Source: Myxococcota bacterium
GTDB lineage: Bacteria > Myxococcota_A > UBA9160 > UBA4427
DNA length: 64,000 nt
Direction of reading: 5' to 3'
NCBI GenBank assembly: GCA_965250285.1
Contig: OZ252299.1
Location: 4,512,001-4,576,000 of the forward strand
Positions within the stretch are counted from its first letter, which is position 1. Each line of letters opens with the position of its first letter. Of the stretch, positions 1 through 9,840 are shown piece after piece. A program made the translations under genes and the position numbers. The notes under the pieces were generated by a model that worked only from the letters and a program-made list of their open reading frames with translations, had not been told where the DNA came from and made no database searches.

Positions 1-269
1 GTCACCGTGTCACGTACGAAGCGGTGCCCCGCGCGCTCGAGGATCTCGGCCAGCGGCAGGCGCAGCAGCTCGGGCGTCTTCACGCCCGAGAGCAGCTCGT
101 GGATGTTGGGAAGGAACTCGAAGGCGCGCCGACGATCGACGAGCGTGACGTCGAAGCGATCGGCGTCGAGCTCGGTGGCAGCCGCGAGGCCCGCGAAGCC
201 GCCGCCGAGAATCAGCACGCGGGGCTTCGCCTCGGCACGGCCCCTTCGGTTCGTATTCGAGGCGCCCAT
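1..269 (-). CDS. NAD(P)/FAD-dependent oxidoreductase (NDH-2/SQR-like), 5' part only; runs off the window edge
   Basis: Not in the ORF track; translated by hand from ATG at 269: MGASNTNRRGRAEAKPRVLILGGGFAGLAAATELDADRFDVTLVDRRRAFEFLPNIHE. Contains a Rossmann GxGxxG motif followed by 'VTLVD'. Confidence 0.85.
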   Translation of the reverse strand, partial: MGASNTNRRGRAEAKPRVLILGGGFAGLAAATELDADRFDVTLVDRRRAFEFLPNIHELLSGVKTPELLRLPLAEILERAGHRFVRDTV

Positions 270-412
270 CCTTCGCGTCTTCCTTCTTCCTTACTTCCTG
301 CTTTCGCTACTTCATTGCTTCTCGACTCGACGCGGTGTTCGAAGCGTCGCGTCACAGCGCGCGTGCTCGAGGTCGTAGCGACTGGGCTTCGATGTCGAAC
401 CGATCGCGCCCG

Positions 413-1069
413 TCACCGCGACGAGGCCGAACGCCGATGGCCCCGCTCGGGTCGCGTCGGCCGCGCTCGCACGAGGATCTTGGCCGGCCGGTCCCACACA
501 CGCGCCGCGGTGAGCCGCTCGAGTGTCGCGTACCCGCCCCCCGCCCCCCACGCGCGCAGCGCGCCGCGCACCTCGGCCGCATGGAGTAGAAGCGGAACTC
601 CGATGCCCCACACCACCACCAGCGCGAGCAGGGTCTCGAGCTGCGTCAGGTCGAAGGTCGCCACGCCGAGCCGTCGGCCAGCGAGATACGAGCCGAGACC
701 GCCGACCACGCCGAGCAGCGCCGACCACGCGACGCGTCCGCGCAGCCAGCTGAGCGACACGTTCACGGTCGTCGCGAAGACCATCCAGAGCGCCACGATC
801 CACGCCGGACCGAGCCAAGCGTCCGGCCCCAGGCCGGCATAGCCGATGCCCCCGATCCGAATCAGGACAAGATCGGCCGCGATCCCGAAGGCCCCTGCTG
901 CGAGCACGACGCCCCCCTCGAGGGCCGGCGCTGCGTGCTGCGCGAGGTGCCAAGAGAGCCAGGCAACGGCGACGATCGGGCCGAGCCAAGCCTGACCCCA
1001 CAGGGCGCCGAACACACAGGCGCACCAGACGCCGTTCAGGCCGAGCTGGTAGATGAGCAGGCGGATCAT
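413..1069 (-). CDS. DUF2878-like membrane protein
   Basis: 3' part of ORF 413..1939 from ATG 1069 (MIRLLIYQLGLNGVWCACVFG...PAWIVALWMVFATT...GGLGSYLAG). Hydrophobic; an ECF promoter motif lies 9 nt upstream. Confidence 0.75.
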   Translation of the reverse strand: MIRLLIYQLGLNGVWCACVFGALWGQAWLGPIVAVAWLSWHLAQHAAPALEGGVVLAAGAFGIAADLVLIRIGGIGYAGLGPDAWLGPAWIVALWMVFATTVNVSLSWLRGRVAWSALLGVVGGLGSYLAGRRLGVATFDLTQLETLLALVVVWGIGVPLLLHAAEVRGALRAWGAGGGYATLERLTAARVWDRPAKILVRARPTRPERGHRRSASSR

Positions 1070-1078
1070 GGGGCGAGA

Positions 1079-1104
1079 TTCGAGGCCCCACCTCGAACGG
1101 ATGC
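1079..1104 (-). promoter_or_regulatory. ECF sigma promoter GCATCC-N16-CGAA (copy 1)
   Basis: Minus strand reads GCATCC gttcgaggtggggcct CGAA, ending 9 nt before ATG 1069. Confidence 0.7.
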
Positions 1105-1251
1105 GGCGAAGAGCGATTTCTAGACGCGCTGCGCCGCGCCCCAGCGGCCTTCCCGATCTGGACGGCCCGCGTCCGGGCGGTGCGGCCTTCTCTTGTTCTG
1201 CGTGCCACCCGCGCTGCAGCCAGGCGTGGCGGCACGTTCTCGGGATCGGCT

Positions 1252-1277
1252 GCATCCAGGCATCGAGGCGCTGCGAA
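1252..1277 (+). promoter_or_regulatory. ECF sigma promoter GCATCC-N16-CGAA (copy 2)
   Basis: GCATCC aggcatcgaggcgctg CGAA upstream of the chalcone-isomerase-like/sigma/anti-sigma operon. Confidence 0.7.
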
Positions 1278-1318
1278 TCACTTGTCGAAACCAGTCCCGA
1301 ACCGAGGAGCCTCCGCCC

Positions 1319-1915
1319 ATGCCCCGCGAGATTCGACACCACATGATGCCGCTCGTCCTGATGGCCCTGCTGCTGGCCGGCCCGGCCGCCGCCGCCGTCG
1401 AGTCGGGCGTCGAATTCGACGAGGTCGCGCGCGTCGATACGCCGCGCGACGAGCCCATCGAGCTGCCGCTCTGCTCGACGGGTCTGCTTCGCTACAAGCG
1501 GATCTTCCGCGGCTACGCCGCCGCGCTCTATCGCGCGCAGTGCGACGTCGCCGAGCCCGATCTCGCCGCCGCGCCCCTGCGGCTCGAACTGTCGTACTTC
1601 TGGTCGATCGGCGGCCATCGCTTCGGCGAGGCTGCCGAGCGGATGCTGCGAAAGAACCTCGATCCGGCCGAGTTCGCCGAGATCGAGGTGCGCATGCGCC
1701 GGCTCCACGCCGCGTACCAATCGGTCTCGCCCGGTGATCGCTACGCGCTCACGTACAAGCCGGGCATCGGCACCGAGCTCTCGCTCAATGGCGAGACGCT
1801 CGTCAACGTCGAAGGCGAAGACTTCGCGCGCGCCTACCTCGGCCTCTGGCTCGGCGACGCGCCCATGGATCAGAAGCTTCGCAACGCGCTGCTCGCGCGA
1901 GACGAGAGGAGATGA
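1319..1915 (+). CDS. Chalcone isomerase-like periplasmic protein
   Basis: GAGGAG RBS and signal peptide; motifs GLLRYKRIFRGYAAALY, PGDRYALTY and FARAYLGLWLGDAPMDQKLRNALL. Confidence 0.8.
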   Translation: MPREIRHHMMPLVLMALLLAGPAAAAVESGVEFDEVARVDTPRDEPIELPLCSTGLLRYKRIFRGYAAALYRAQCDVAEPDLAAAPLRLELSYFWSIGGHRFGEAAERMLRKNLDPAEFAEIEVRMRRLHAAYQSVSPGDRYALTYKPGIGTELSLNGETLVNVEGEDFARAYLGLWLGDAPMDQKLRNALLARDERR

Positions 1916-1984
1916 TCTGGTGCATCGCTCCACCGCCACCTACCTTCCGCCAGCGGTCGTTTGGACCGGCCGCATCGGGGGCCC

Positions 1985-2530
1985 GTGGCCGAGTCGCTCT
2001 TCCATCGTATCGCCGCCGGTGACGAGGTCGCCGTGAAGGAGTGCGTCGACGTCCATGGCGGACGCGTCTGGGCGCTCGCCCGGCGCTTCTCGTCGGATCG
2101 CGCCGACGCCGAAGACGCGGTGCAGGAGATCTTCATCTCTCTGTGGAAGAGCGCGCATCGCTACGATCCCGCCAAGGCGAGTGAAGCCGCGTTCGTCGCG
2201 ACGATCGCCCGGCGGCGCATGATCGATCGCCTGCGTGCCCGCGGAGGTCGGGCGCAGACCGTGCCGATCGACGAGCGGGAAGTGGCGAGTCACAACACCG
2301 CGGGTCAGGTCGAGGCCGCGGTCGACCTCGCGCGCGTGCGCGACGTCATCGAAACGCTCGAGCCCGAGCCCCGTCGCGTGGTCGAGCTCGCCGTGCTGCA
2401 GGGCTACTCGCATGGCCAGGTGGCCGAGGCGACCGGCATCGCCCTCGGCACGGTCAAGAGCCACGTGCGGCGCAGCCTGGTGAAGGTGCGAGACGCTTTG
2501 CGGCCGCAGGGCGGGGAGGCGCGACGATGA
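1985..2530 (+). CDS. ECF RNA polymerase sigma factor (SigK-like)
   Basis: Region 2 (DAEDAVQEIFISLW...YDP) and region 4 (GYSHGQVAEATGIALGTVKSHVRR); GTG start chosen. Confidence 0.92.
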   Translation: MAESLFHRIAAGDEVAVKECVDVHGGRVWALARRFSSDRADAEDAVQEIFISLWKSAHRYDPAKASEAAFVATIARRRMIDRLRARGGRAQTVPIDEREVASHNTAGQVEAAVDLARVRDVIETLEPEPRRVVELAVLQGYSHGQVAEATGIALGTVKSHVRRSLVKVRDALRPQGGEARR

Positions 2531-3306
2531 GCGAAGACCGACTGCTCGAGCTACTCGCACATCGCGCGACCGAAGGCCTCGGTCCGAGCGAGACCGTCGA
2601 GCTCGACCGTCTCCTGGCGGAGCACCCCGACGTCGACGAGTGGGATCTCGACCACGCCGCCGGCGCGATCGACCTGACCCTCTCGACCGAGCCCGACGAA
2701 GCGCTCCCCGACGCACTGCGCACCCGCATCCTCGCCGACGCGCCGCCGGTGCTCGCGGCGACCCGGGCCGAGCAACCGACCTCACTCGCGACCGAACGCG
2801 CGCGGCGCAGCCGCTTGTCGACCGTGAGCATGGCCGTGGGCTGGGCGGCGGCCGCGGTGCTGGCCGGCCTGCTGCTGATGCCGGCGCAGACGCCTGCGCC
2901 GACGGGCGACGCATCGGCCATGCTGCGCGCCGAGCTGCTCGCCGCCGATGCGCTGCAGATCCCGTGGACAGCCACCGGCGATGCCGCCGGCCCCGAGGCC
3001 TCGGGCGACGTGGTGTGGAGCAACGAGCGACAGTCGGGTGTCATGCGCTTCAGCGGCCTCGCCGTCAACGACCCCAACGTCGCTCAGTATCAGCTGTGGA
3101 TCTTCGACGCAGCCCAGGACGAGCGTTACCCGATCGACGGCGGCGTCTTCGACGTGGTCGAAGAGGGCGGGGACGTCCTCGTTCGCATCGATCCGAAGCT
3201 CGCCGTCGTGTCGCCGACGCTCTTCGCCGTGACGGTCGAGAAGCCGGGAGGCGTGGTCGTCTCGAGTCGAGAGCGCATCGCCGTCGTCGCATCGGTCGAG
3301 AGCTGA
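2527..3306 (+). CDS. Anti-sigma factor, RskA type
   Basis: ATGA overlap with the sigma gene, single TM helix, C-terminal QYQLW...FAVTVEKPGG motif. Confidence 0.88.
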   Translation: MSEDRLLELLAHRATEGLGPSETVELDRLLAEHPDVDEWDLDHAAGAIDLTLSTEPDEALPDALRTRILADAPPVLAATRAEQPTSLATERARRSRLSTVSMAVGWAAAAVLAGLLLMPAQTPAPTGDASAMLRAELLAADALQIPWTATGDAAGPEASGDVVWSNERQSGVMRFSGLAVNDPNVAQYQLWIFDAAQDERYPIDGGVFDVVEEGGDVLVRIDPKLAVVSPTLFAVTVEKPGGVVVSSRERIAVVASVES

Positions 3307-3336
3307 TCCGGCTCGTCGACTTTCTCGGCCCGCCCT

Positions 3337-3362
3337 GCATCCATGCGCCGCCGAGCCGCGAA
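3337..3362 (+). promoter_or_regulatory. ECF sigma promoter GCATCC-N16-CGAA (copy 3)
   Basis: GCATCC atgcgccgccgagccg CGAA, ending 9 nt before the lipocalin ATG at 3372. Confidence 0.7.
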
Positions 3363-3371
3363 CCTCTCCGC

Positions 3372-3953
3372 ATGAACCTGACGAACCGACGCTTCGGCCG
3401 AACCGGCATCCTTTCGATCCTGCTCCTGGCTGCATCGCTTGGCGGCTGCGCCTCGAGCCCGCCGCCGCTCGAGGCCCTCGACCGCAAGATCGAGGTCGAG
3501 CGCTTCATGGGCGACTGGTACGTCGTGGCGTTCATCCCCATCGACCTCTTCTTCTTCAGCGAGGCCGACGCACACGATGCGGTCGAGCGCTACGAGCTCG
3601 ACGACGAGGGCGGCATCGACATCACGTACACCTTTCGCGACGGCAGCTTCGACGCCGAGCCGAGGGTCGTGACCCAGGATGGGCGCATCTACGACGAGGA
3701 GCTCGGCACCGAGTGGCGAGTGCGCCCGTTCTGGCCCTTCTGGTCGGCCTATCTGATCGCGTGGCTCGATGACGACTACGAGCGCGCGATCGTGGGCGTG
3801 CCTTCTCGCTCGAACGTGTGGGTGCTCTCGCGCACGCCCCACCTCGACGAGATCGAGCTCGAGGCGCTGACCGAGCGCGTCGGCGAGCTCGGCTACGACC
3901 CCGCCGCGCTGCGTCGCGTGCCCCACCGGCGCGCCGAAGCGCCTGGCGAGTGA
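3372..3953 (+). CDS. blc: Lipocalin family lipoprotein
   Basis: Lipobox LGGC; ERFMGDWYVVA; LDDDYERAIVG; WVLSRTP. Confidence 0.88.
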   Translation: MNLTNRRFGRTGILSILLLAASLGGCASSPPPLEALDRKIEVERFMGDWYVVAFIPIDLFFFSEADAHDAVERYELDDEGGIDITYTFRDGSFDAEPRVVTQDGRIYDEELGTEWRVRPFWPFWSAYLIAWLDDDYERAIVGVPSRSNVWVLSRTPHLDEIELEALTERVGELGYDPAALRRVPHRRAEAPGE

Positions 3954-4864
3954 CCGTGACGGCCTCTCGTCGGATCGCGATGGCCCGGCGCGCCTCGGCG
4001 CGATCCGCAGATCGGTCTTGGGTCGCGGCCGCGGTGCTCTCGATCCTGATCTGCACCGTGGCCTCGGTCGGCCACGCGGGCCCGGCCGATCTCAACGATC
4101 TCGCCAATCTCAACGATCTCACCAAAGGCGATCGCGCGTGGGCGGCGCGGGCCGAGATGCTCGATGGCGACCGTGCAGATCCGACCCGCATCGAAGAGGC
4201 CATCGTGCACTACCGCGCCGCCGCCGAGGCCGAGCCCGACTCGCTCGAAGCGCGCTGGAAGCTGCTGCGGGCCCTGCACTACGCCATCGACTTCACCACG
4301 CTCTCCGAAGACGACCAGGAAGCGCGGGTCGGCGAAGCCGTCGAAGTCGTGCGCGCATCCGACGCACTCACCGCCAGCGACCGGCCGGCCGCGTCCGCCG
4401 ACGTGGCCCGGCTGCTCTTCTGGAGCTCGATCGCATGGGGCACGCGTGCGCAGCGCGTGGGTCTGCTCACCATCGTGAGGGAAGGCGTGGCCAAGCGCAT
4501 GTACGTCAATGCGGAGCGGTCGCTCGAACTCGATCCGAGCGTCGATCAGGGCGGCGCGCTGCGCCTGCTCTCGCGCCTGCACTCTGCGTTGCCGCGCGTA
4601 CCCTTCGTATCGGGTTGGGTCGACCGCGACCAGGCGCTGCCGCTCGCCGAGCAAGGCTATGCGCTCGACCCCGATCATCCAGGCAATCGACTGGTTCTGG
4701 CGCTGACACTCCTCGAACGCGAGCCCGAGCGCGCCGAAGAGGCGCGCATGCTCCTGCAGACCGTCGCCTCGACCGAGCCGCGCCCGAGTTGGCTCGTCGA
4801 GGATCTGCGCATTCGCGAGCAGGCGAGGGAACGACTCGCCGAGCTCGACGGGCCTGCGTCGTGA
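3950..4864 (+). CDS. Secreted TPR-like helical repeat protein
   Basis: GTGA overlap with blc; signal-like segment followed by TPR-like helices (AERSLELDP, AEQGYALDP). Start uncertain (3950 or 3980). Confidence 0.7.
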   Translation: MTVTASRRIAMARRASARSADRSWVAAAVLSILICTVASVGHAGPADLNDLANLNDLTKGDRAWAARAEMLDGDRADPTRIEEAIVHYRAAAEAEPDSLEARWKLLRALHYAIDFTTLSEDDQEARVGEAVEVVRASDALTASDRPAASADVARLLFWSSIAWGTRAQRVGLLTIVREGVAKRMYVNAERSLELDPSVDQGGALRLLSRLHSALPRVPFVSGWVDRDQALPLAEQGYALDPDHPGNRLVLALTLLEREPERAEEARMLLQTVASTEPRPSWLVEDLRIREQARERLAELDGPAS

Positions 4865-6213
4865 AGCTCGGGCGAGGCCGGCTCATCGCTTACTCGGCGC
4901 CATCGCTGGTCACGTCGGTCGCGGCGCTCCCGATGGCGCTCTTCGTGCCCGCGTTCTACGCCGACGACCTCGGCGTACCACTCGCGGCCGTCGGCATCGC
5001 GATCGGCGCCTCGCGACTGCTCGACGTCGTGACCGATCCGCTCATCGGAAGCCTGAGCGATCGCTCGAAGCTGCCGTTCGGGCGTCGCAAGCCCTGGATG
5101 ATCCTGGGCGTCCCGGTCTTCCTGTTCTCGCTCTGGAAGATCTTCGTGCCCGACGAGAACGTCTCAGCGACCTACCTGGGTGTGTGGGCCGCCCTGCTCT
5201 ATCTCGGCTTCACGATGATCGATCTGCCGCACAAGGCCTGGGGCGCCGAGCTCTCGACCGACTACGACGAGCGCTCGCGCGTCACGAGCTGGCGCGAGGG
5301 CATCTCGACCGCCGGGCAGGTGATGCTGCTGGCCGGATTGGTCTGGCTCGCGGGGGAAGGAACCGACGCAGCCGCCGGCCAGCTCCGCGCCATCGCGCTG
5401 ACGATCGTCGTTGCGTTGCCGGTTCTGCTCGCCCTCTGTGTCGGCGTCGTCGGCGAACGCGAGCCCGAAGCGTACGTGCACCCATCCCGTGGCTTCTTCG
5501 CAGGCCTCCGGATCGTGGCACGCAATCCGGCATTCCTGCGCATGGTGGGCTGCGTGCTGTTCTTCGTCTCGGGCGTCGCGATCCAGGGCACGCTCCACCG
5601 CCTGGTCCTGTCGGACGTGATGCTCGACGAAGGGCGGTTCTCGCTGATGATCCTGCTCGAGAACGTCGGGACGCTCGCGGCAATCCCCATCTGGCTCGCG
5701 ATCTCGGTGCGCATCGGCAAGCACCGCGCCTTGATGGCGGCGGCGCTCTGGCTCGCGGCCTGGAGCCTGCCGCTCGTGACCCTGCGTGCGGGCGACGTCG
5801 ACACCCTCGTCGTGATCGTGGTGCTGCGCGGCTCGAGCTTCGCCTCGATCCTGTTCCTCGCCAACTCGATCGCGGCCGACGTGATCGACGTCGACACCCT
5901 CGAGAGCGGAGAGCAGCGGTCGGGCCTCTTCTTCGCGGTCTGGGGCATGGTGATCAAGCTTTCGCTCGCCCTGGGTGTGGTGCTCGCGACGACTCTGCCC
6001 GCGGCGCTGGGCTACGAGCCCGCGAAAGACCAGATCGCGCCCGCGGTGCAGGGGCGCCTGATGATGGTCTACGGCGCCATCCCCGCGCTGCTCATGGGCC
6101 TCGGTGCGCTGTTCCTGCGGCGTTTTCCAATCACGCGGGAGCGCCACGACGAGGTGCGTGCCGAGCTCGAGGCGCGCATGCGTGCCGAGCCCCAGGCGCG
6201 CATGCGCGCGTAG
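4861..6213 (+). CDS. MFS transporter, GPH (glycoside-pentoside-hexuronide) family
   Basis: DVVTDPLIGSLSD, GRRKPW, ELSTDYDERS and ADVIDVD..GEQRSGLFF motifs; about 12 TM segments; GTG overlaps the previous stop. Confidence 0.9.
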   Translation: MKLGRGRLIAYSAPSLVTSVAALPMALFVPAFYADDLGVPLAAVGIAIGASRLLDVVTDPLIGSLSDRSKLPFGRRKPWMILGVPVFLFSLWKIFVPDENVSATYLGVWAALLYLGFTMIDLPHKAWGAELSTDYDERSRVTSWREGISTAGQVMLLAGLVWLAGEGTDAAAGQLRAIALTIVVALPVLLALCVGVVGEREPEAYVHPSRGFFAGLRIVARNPAFLRMVGCVLFFVSGVAIQGTLHRLVLSDVMLDEGRFSLMILLENVGTLAAIPIWLAISVRIGKHRALMAAALWLAAWSLPLVTLRAGDVDTLVVIVVLRGSSFASILFLANSIAADVIDVDTLESGEQRSGLFFAVWGMVIKLSLALGVVLATTLPAALGYEPAKDQIAPAVQGRLMMVYGAIPALLMGLGALFLRRFPITRERHDEVRAELEARMRAEPQARMRA

Positions 6214-6483
6214 CCAGCAGCGGCGCGCACCGTGCCAGCTCGCTTCGCCAGTCACATATCTCGCAAGTTGGACAAACCTCGATCGGGCGACGTCCGGTGC
6301 GCCGTTCAGGGTCCGGCAGCGCCTCGCGCTCTGGTATCGTCGGGACGCTCTCGACCAGAACGTTCGAGGTCGAGACCACCGAGATGACGCGCTGGAACGC
6401 GCACGTCGTCGCAACCCCGGCCTGTCCATCGCTCCGGGATCTGCTCACGCAGATCACACGATGAGAGCGTGCGGAGTCAACGC

Positions 6484-8217
6484 ATGAGTGAGAACCCGCC
6501 CGAAAGATCGTTGGCAAACGACCTGCCCCCGTACGAGCCCCAGCGCATCGTCGACGCGCCCTTCGCGGAACGCATCCGCTTGGCGTGCACGATGTGGGCG
6601 GATTCGAGCCCGAATCGACCGAGCGTGATGGCGCTCTACTGGGGCAAGTACTTCTTCGTCCTGATCGGCGTCTGGGCCTTCTGGTGCAGCTTCAATGCCG
6701 GCTACACGGGCTTCTTCCAGTTCGGCGATTGGGTCTTCACCGCCGAGTCGTTCAAGAAGGCCATGGTCTGGTCGATGGCCTGGGAGCTCTTCGGCTTCGG
6801 CTGCGGCTGGGGGCCGATGAATGCCCGCTTCGACAAGTGGTTCGGTGGCTACCGCCACTTCGCGCGGCCGGGGACGATCAAGCTGCCTCTCTTCCGCGGC
6901 GCGCCCCTGATCGGCGGCGACACCCGCAACTACCTCGACGTCGGCGTGTACGTCCTCAACCAGCTGCTGCTCCTGCGCGTGCTGATTGCGCCCGAGGTCA
7001 CGCCGGCGCTGTTGCTGCCCTGCTTCGTGCTCGTCGCCGTGAACGGCGTGCTCGACAAGACCCTCTTCCTCTGTGCGCGCTACGAGCACTACTGGGTGGT
7101 GATGGCGGCGCTGGTCTTCGCGTCGGCGAACGACGTCTGGATCGGCGGGTCGAAGCTGGTGTGGTCGTTCATCTGGATCTGGGCGGCCGTCTCGAAGTGG
7201 AACCGCCTCTTCTCGTCCGTGATCATGTTCATGATGAACAATGGGCCGTTCTTCCCCAAGTTCCTCAAGAAGCGGCTCTTCACGAACTTCCCCGACGACC
7301 TTCGCCCCTCGCCGTTCGCCGAGCGGATGGCGCTCTTCGGCCACATCTCCGAGTTCTCGATCCCGTTCATTCTGGCGATCGGAGCGTTCACGGGCGAGCC
7401 CCTGATCATCCTCGCGGGCTGCATCCTCTTCACCGGGTTCCACACCTTCATCGGGATCAACAACCCGAACGGGATGCCGGTCGAGTGGAACATTCTCATG
7501 ATCTACGGCGGGTGGTTCCTCTTCTGGTTCAACCCCCAGGCGTCGATCCTCGACTTGACCGCGACCCCGATCCTGTTCGCGGCCATGCTCTTTTCTCTCG
7601 TCGTCGTACCGACGGTCGGCAATCTGTTCCCAGCCAAGGTCTCGTTCCTGCCGTCGATGCGTTACTACGCCGGCAACTGGGCGTACAACATCTGGCTCTT
7701 CAAGAAGGGCGGTGCGGTCGACAAGCTCGCGAAGCTCAAGAAGTCGAGCGCGCCCGTCTACGAGCAGCTGAAGGAGTACGTCGAGGATCCGATCGAGCTC
7801 GAAGCCGCCAAGACGGTGATGAGCGTCAGCCGCTTCATGCACTTCGAAGGACGTCCGCTCCTCGAGGCACTGCCCGTCGCCGTCGACGACATCGAAGACT
7901 ACGACTGGTACGAGGGCGAGCTCGTCGGCGGGATGATCCTCGGCTGGAACTTCGGCGACGGTCACCTGAACGGTGAGCAGCTGATGCGTGCGATCCAGCC
8001 CATCTGCGGTTTCGAAGAGGGCGAGCTGCGCATCATCTCGGTGGAGAGTCAGCCCCTCTTCACGCCGACGATGCACTGGCGCGTCTTCGACGCGGCGGCG
8101 GGCAAGCTGACCGAAGGCGTCACGAACCTCGACGACTACGAAGACCACCAACCGTGGCCGACGGGCGAAGCCGCGGCCGCGCTGTCGAGTCGAGCGGGCG
8201 AGGCCGCCTCGGCTTGA
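6484..8217 (+). CDS. DUF3556-like polytopic membrane protein
   Basis: Multi-TM protein with GFGCGWGP, RPGTIKLP, SFLPSMRYYAGNW and GWNFGDGHL motifs that I associate with this family. Confidence 0.75.
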   Translation: MSENPPERSLANDLPPYEPQRIVDAPFAERIRLACTMWADSSPNRPSVMALYWGKYFFVLIGVWAFWCSFNAGYTGFFQFGDWVFTAESFKKAMVWSMAWELFGFGCGWGPMNARFDKWFGGYRHFARPGTIKLPLFRGAPLIGGDTRNYLDVGVYVLNQLLLLRVLIAPEVTPALLLPCFVLVAVNGVLDKTLFLCARYEHYWVVMAALVFASANDVWIGGSKLVWSFIWIWAAVSKWNRLFSSVIMFMMNNGPFFPKFLKKRLFTNFPDDLRPSPFAERMALFGHISEFSIPFILAIGAFTGEPLIILAGCILFTGFHTFIGINNPNGMPVEWNILMIYGGWFLFWFNPQASILDLTATPILFAAMLFSLVVVPTVGNLFPAKVSFLPSMRYYAGNWAYNIWLFKKGGAVDKLAKLKKSSAPVYEQLKEYVEDPIELEAAKTVMSVSRFMHFEGRPLLEALPVAVDDIEDYDWYEGELVGGMILGWNFGDGHLNGEQLMRAIQPICGFEEGELRIISVESQPLFTPTMHWRVFDAAAGKLTEGVTNLDDYEDHQPWPTGEAAAALSSRAGEAASA

Positions 8218-9644
8218 GTGCGTCGTCTGGCGAGGTCGATGCCGTCGTCGTCGGCTCGGGCCCGAACGGGCTCGCAGCCGCCGTTCGACTCGCGGAGGCG
8301 GGGCGATCCGTTCTCGTCCGCGAGGCGAACGAGTACATCGGCGGCGGTCTGCACAGTGAAGAGATGACCCTCCCGGGCTTCCTCCACGACACGTGCTCGG
8401 CCGTCCACCCGATGGGCATCCTCTCGCCCTACCTGTCGCAGCTGCCCCTCGACAAGCACGGCCTCGAGTGGGCGGCGTCGGACATCTCGTTCGCGCACCC
8501 GCTCGACGATCGCCCGGCGGTCCTGCATCAGAAGGACATCTCGCTCGTCACGGAGCAGCTCGGCCCCGATGCGAAGCGGTACGAGCGACTCGTTCGGCCC
8601 TTGGCGAAGAACGTGCCCGCGCTCGTCGCCGACTCGCTCGCGCCGCTTCGAATCCCTCGCGCGCCGATCTCGTTCGCGCATTTCGGGCTGCTCGGCGCGC
8701 TCCCGGCTCGGACACTCGCGCGTCTCTTCTTCGAGGACGAGCCGGCGCGCGCGCTGGTGGCGGGGTGCTCGGGCCACTCGATCCTGCCGCTGACGCGCCC
8801 CTTCTCGGCGGCCGTCGGCCTCATGTTCATCTTGACCGGCCACGAGGCCGTCTGGCCGGTGGCGCGCGGCGGCTCACGCGCGATCGCGCAGGCCCTCGCG
8901 TCGTATCTCGAGTCGCTGGGCGGGCGAATCGAGACCGGCGTACCCGTCGACTCGATCGCCGAGCTACCGCGGGCGCGCGCCGTCTTGTTCGACACGTCGC
9001 CCCGCGAGCTGGTTCGGGTCGCCGGCGACGAGCTGCCGGCTTCGTACAAGCGGCGCCTTGGCCGGTATCGCTACGGCCCCGGCGTCTTCAAGCTCGACTG
9101 GGCGCTCGATGGGCCGATCCCGTGGAAGGACGAGCGCGTGACGATGGCGTCCACCGTGCACGTCGGCGGCACCCTCGACGAGATCTCCGCCTCTGAGAAG
9201 GCCGCGTTCATCGGGCAGCACACCGATCGCCCATACGTCATGGTCTGCCAGCAAAGCGATCTCGATCCGTCGCGTGCGCCGGAAGGCAAACGAACCGGGT
9301 ACGCGTACTGTCACGTCCCGCACGGCTCGACCGCCGACATGACCCAGGCGATCGAGAGCCAGATCGAGCGGTTCGCGCCCGGCTTCAAGGACCGTATTCT
9401 CGAGCGCCGCACACTCAGCCCAGCGGGGCTCGAAGCCATGAATCGAAGTCTCGTCGGCGGAGCGGTCACGGGCGGCGTCGCCGACGCATTCCAGCTCTTC
9501 ACGCGGCCTGTCGCACGACTCAACCCCTACACGACACCGAACCCGCGCGTGTTCATCTGCTCGGCCTCGACGCCGCCGGGCGGTGGTGTCCACGGCATGT
9601 GCGGGTACTGGGGTGCCGAAGCGGCGCTGAAGAGACTTCAGTAG
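8214..9644 (+). CDS. Phytoene dehydrogenase-like NAD(P)/FAD-dependent oxidoreductase
   Basis: DAVVVGSGPNGL, PGFLHDTCSAVHP and CSASTPPGGGVHGMCG; TTG start overlaps the previous stop. Confidence 0.9.
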   Translation: MSASSGEVDAVVVGSGPNGLAAAVRLAEAGRSVLVREANEYIGGGLHSEEMTLPGFLHDTCSAVHPMGILSPYLSQLPLDKHGLEWAASDISFAHPLDDRPAVLHQKDISLVTEQLGPDAKRYERLVRPLAKNVPALVADSLAPLRIPRAPISFAHFGLLGALPARTLARLFFEDEPARALVAGCSGHSILPLTRPFSAAVGLMFILTGHEAVWPVARGGSRAIAQALASYLESLGGRIETGVPVDSIAELPRARAVLFDTSPRELVRVAGDELPASYKRRLGRYRYGPGVFKLDWALDGPIPWKDERVTMASTVHVGGTLDEISASEKAAFIGQHTDRPYVMVCQQSDLDPSRAPEGKRTGYAYCHVPHGSTADMTQAIESQIERFAPGFKDRILERRTLSPAGLEAMNRSLVGGAVTGGVADAFQLFTRPVARLNPYTTPNPRVFICSASTPPGGGVHGMCGYWGAEAALKRLQ

Positions 9645-9840
9645 GGCGAGCCGCGCCGCCCACGAGCGCTCGATCGACGACGCGCAACGAATCGATCACT
9701 CGAAGTCTGCGACTGGCCTCGGGGCTCACGCGGCACTCGGCCACTTTCGGAGCAGCAAGCACACTCGGTCGTCTCGCTCCGAGCCCTGATCGGTTCTTCG
9801 CCGAGAAGCCGACTTAGGCGCTTGCCCACGTCGACCCGAC

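Noticed and set aside
4088..4123. Short GATCTCAAC-type repeat (DLNDLANLNDLT)
   Set aside because: A small in-frame slippage duplication in a linker, with no evidence of function.
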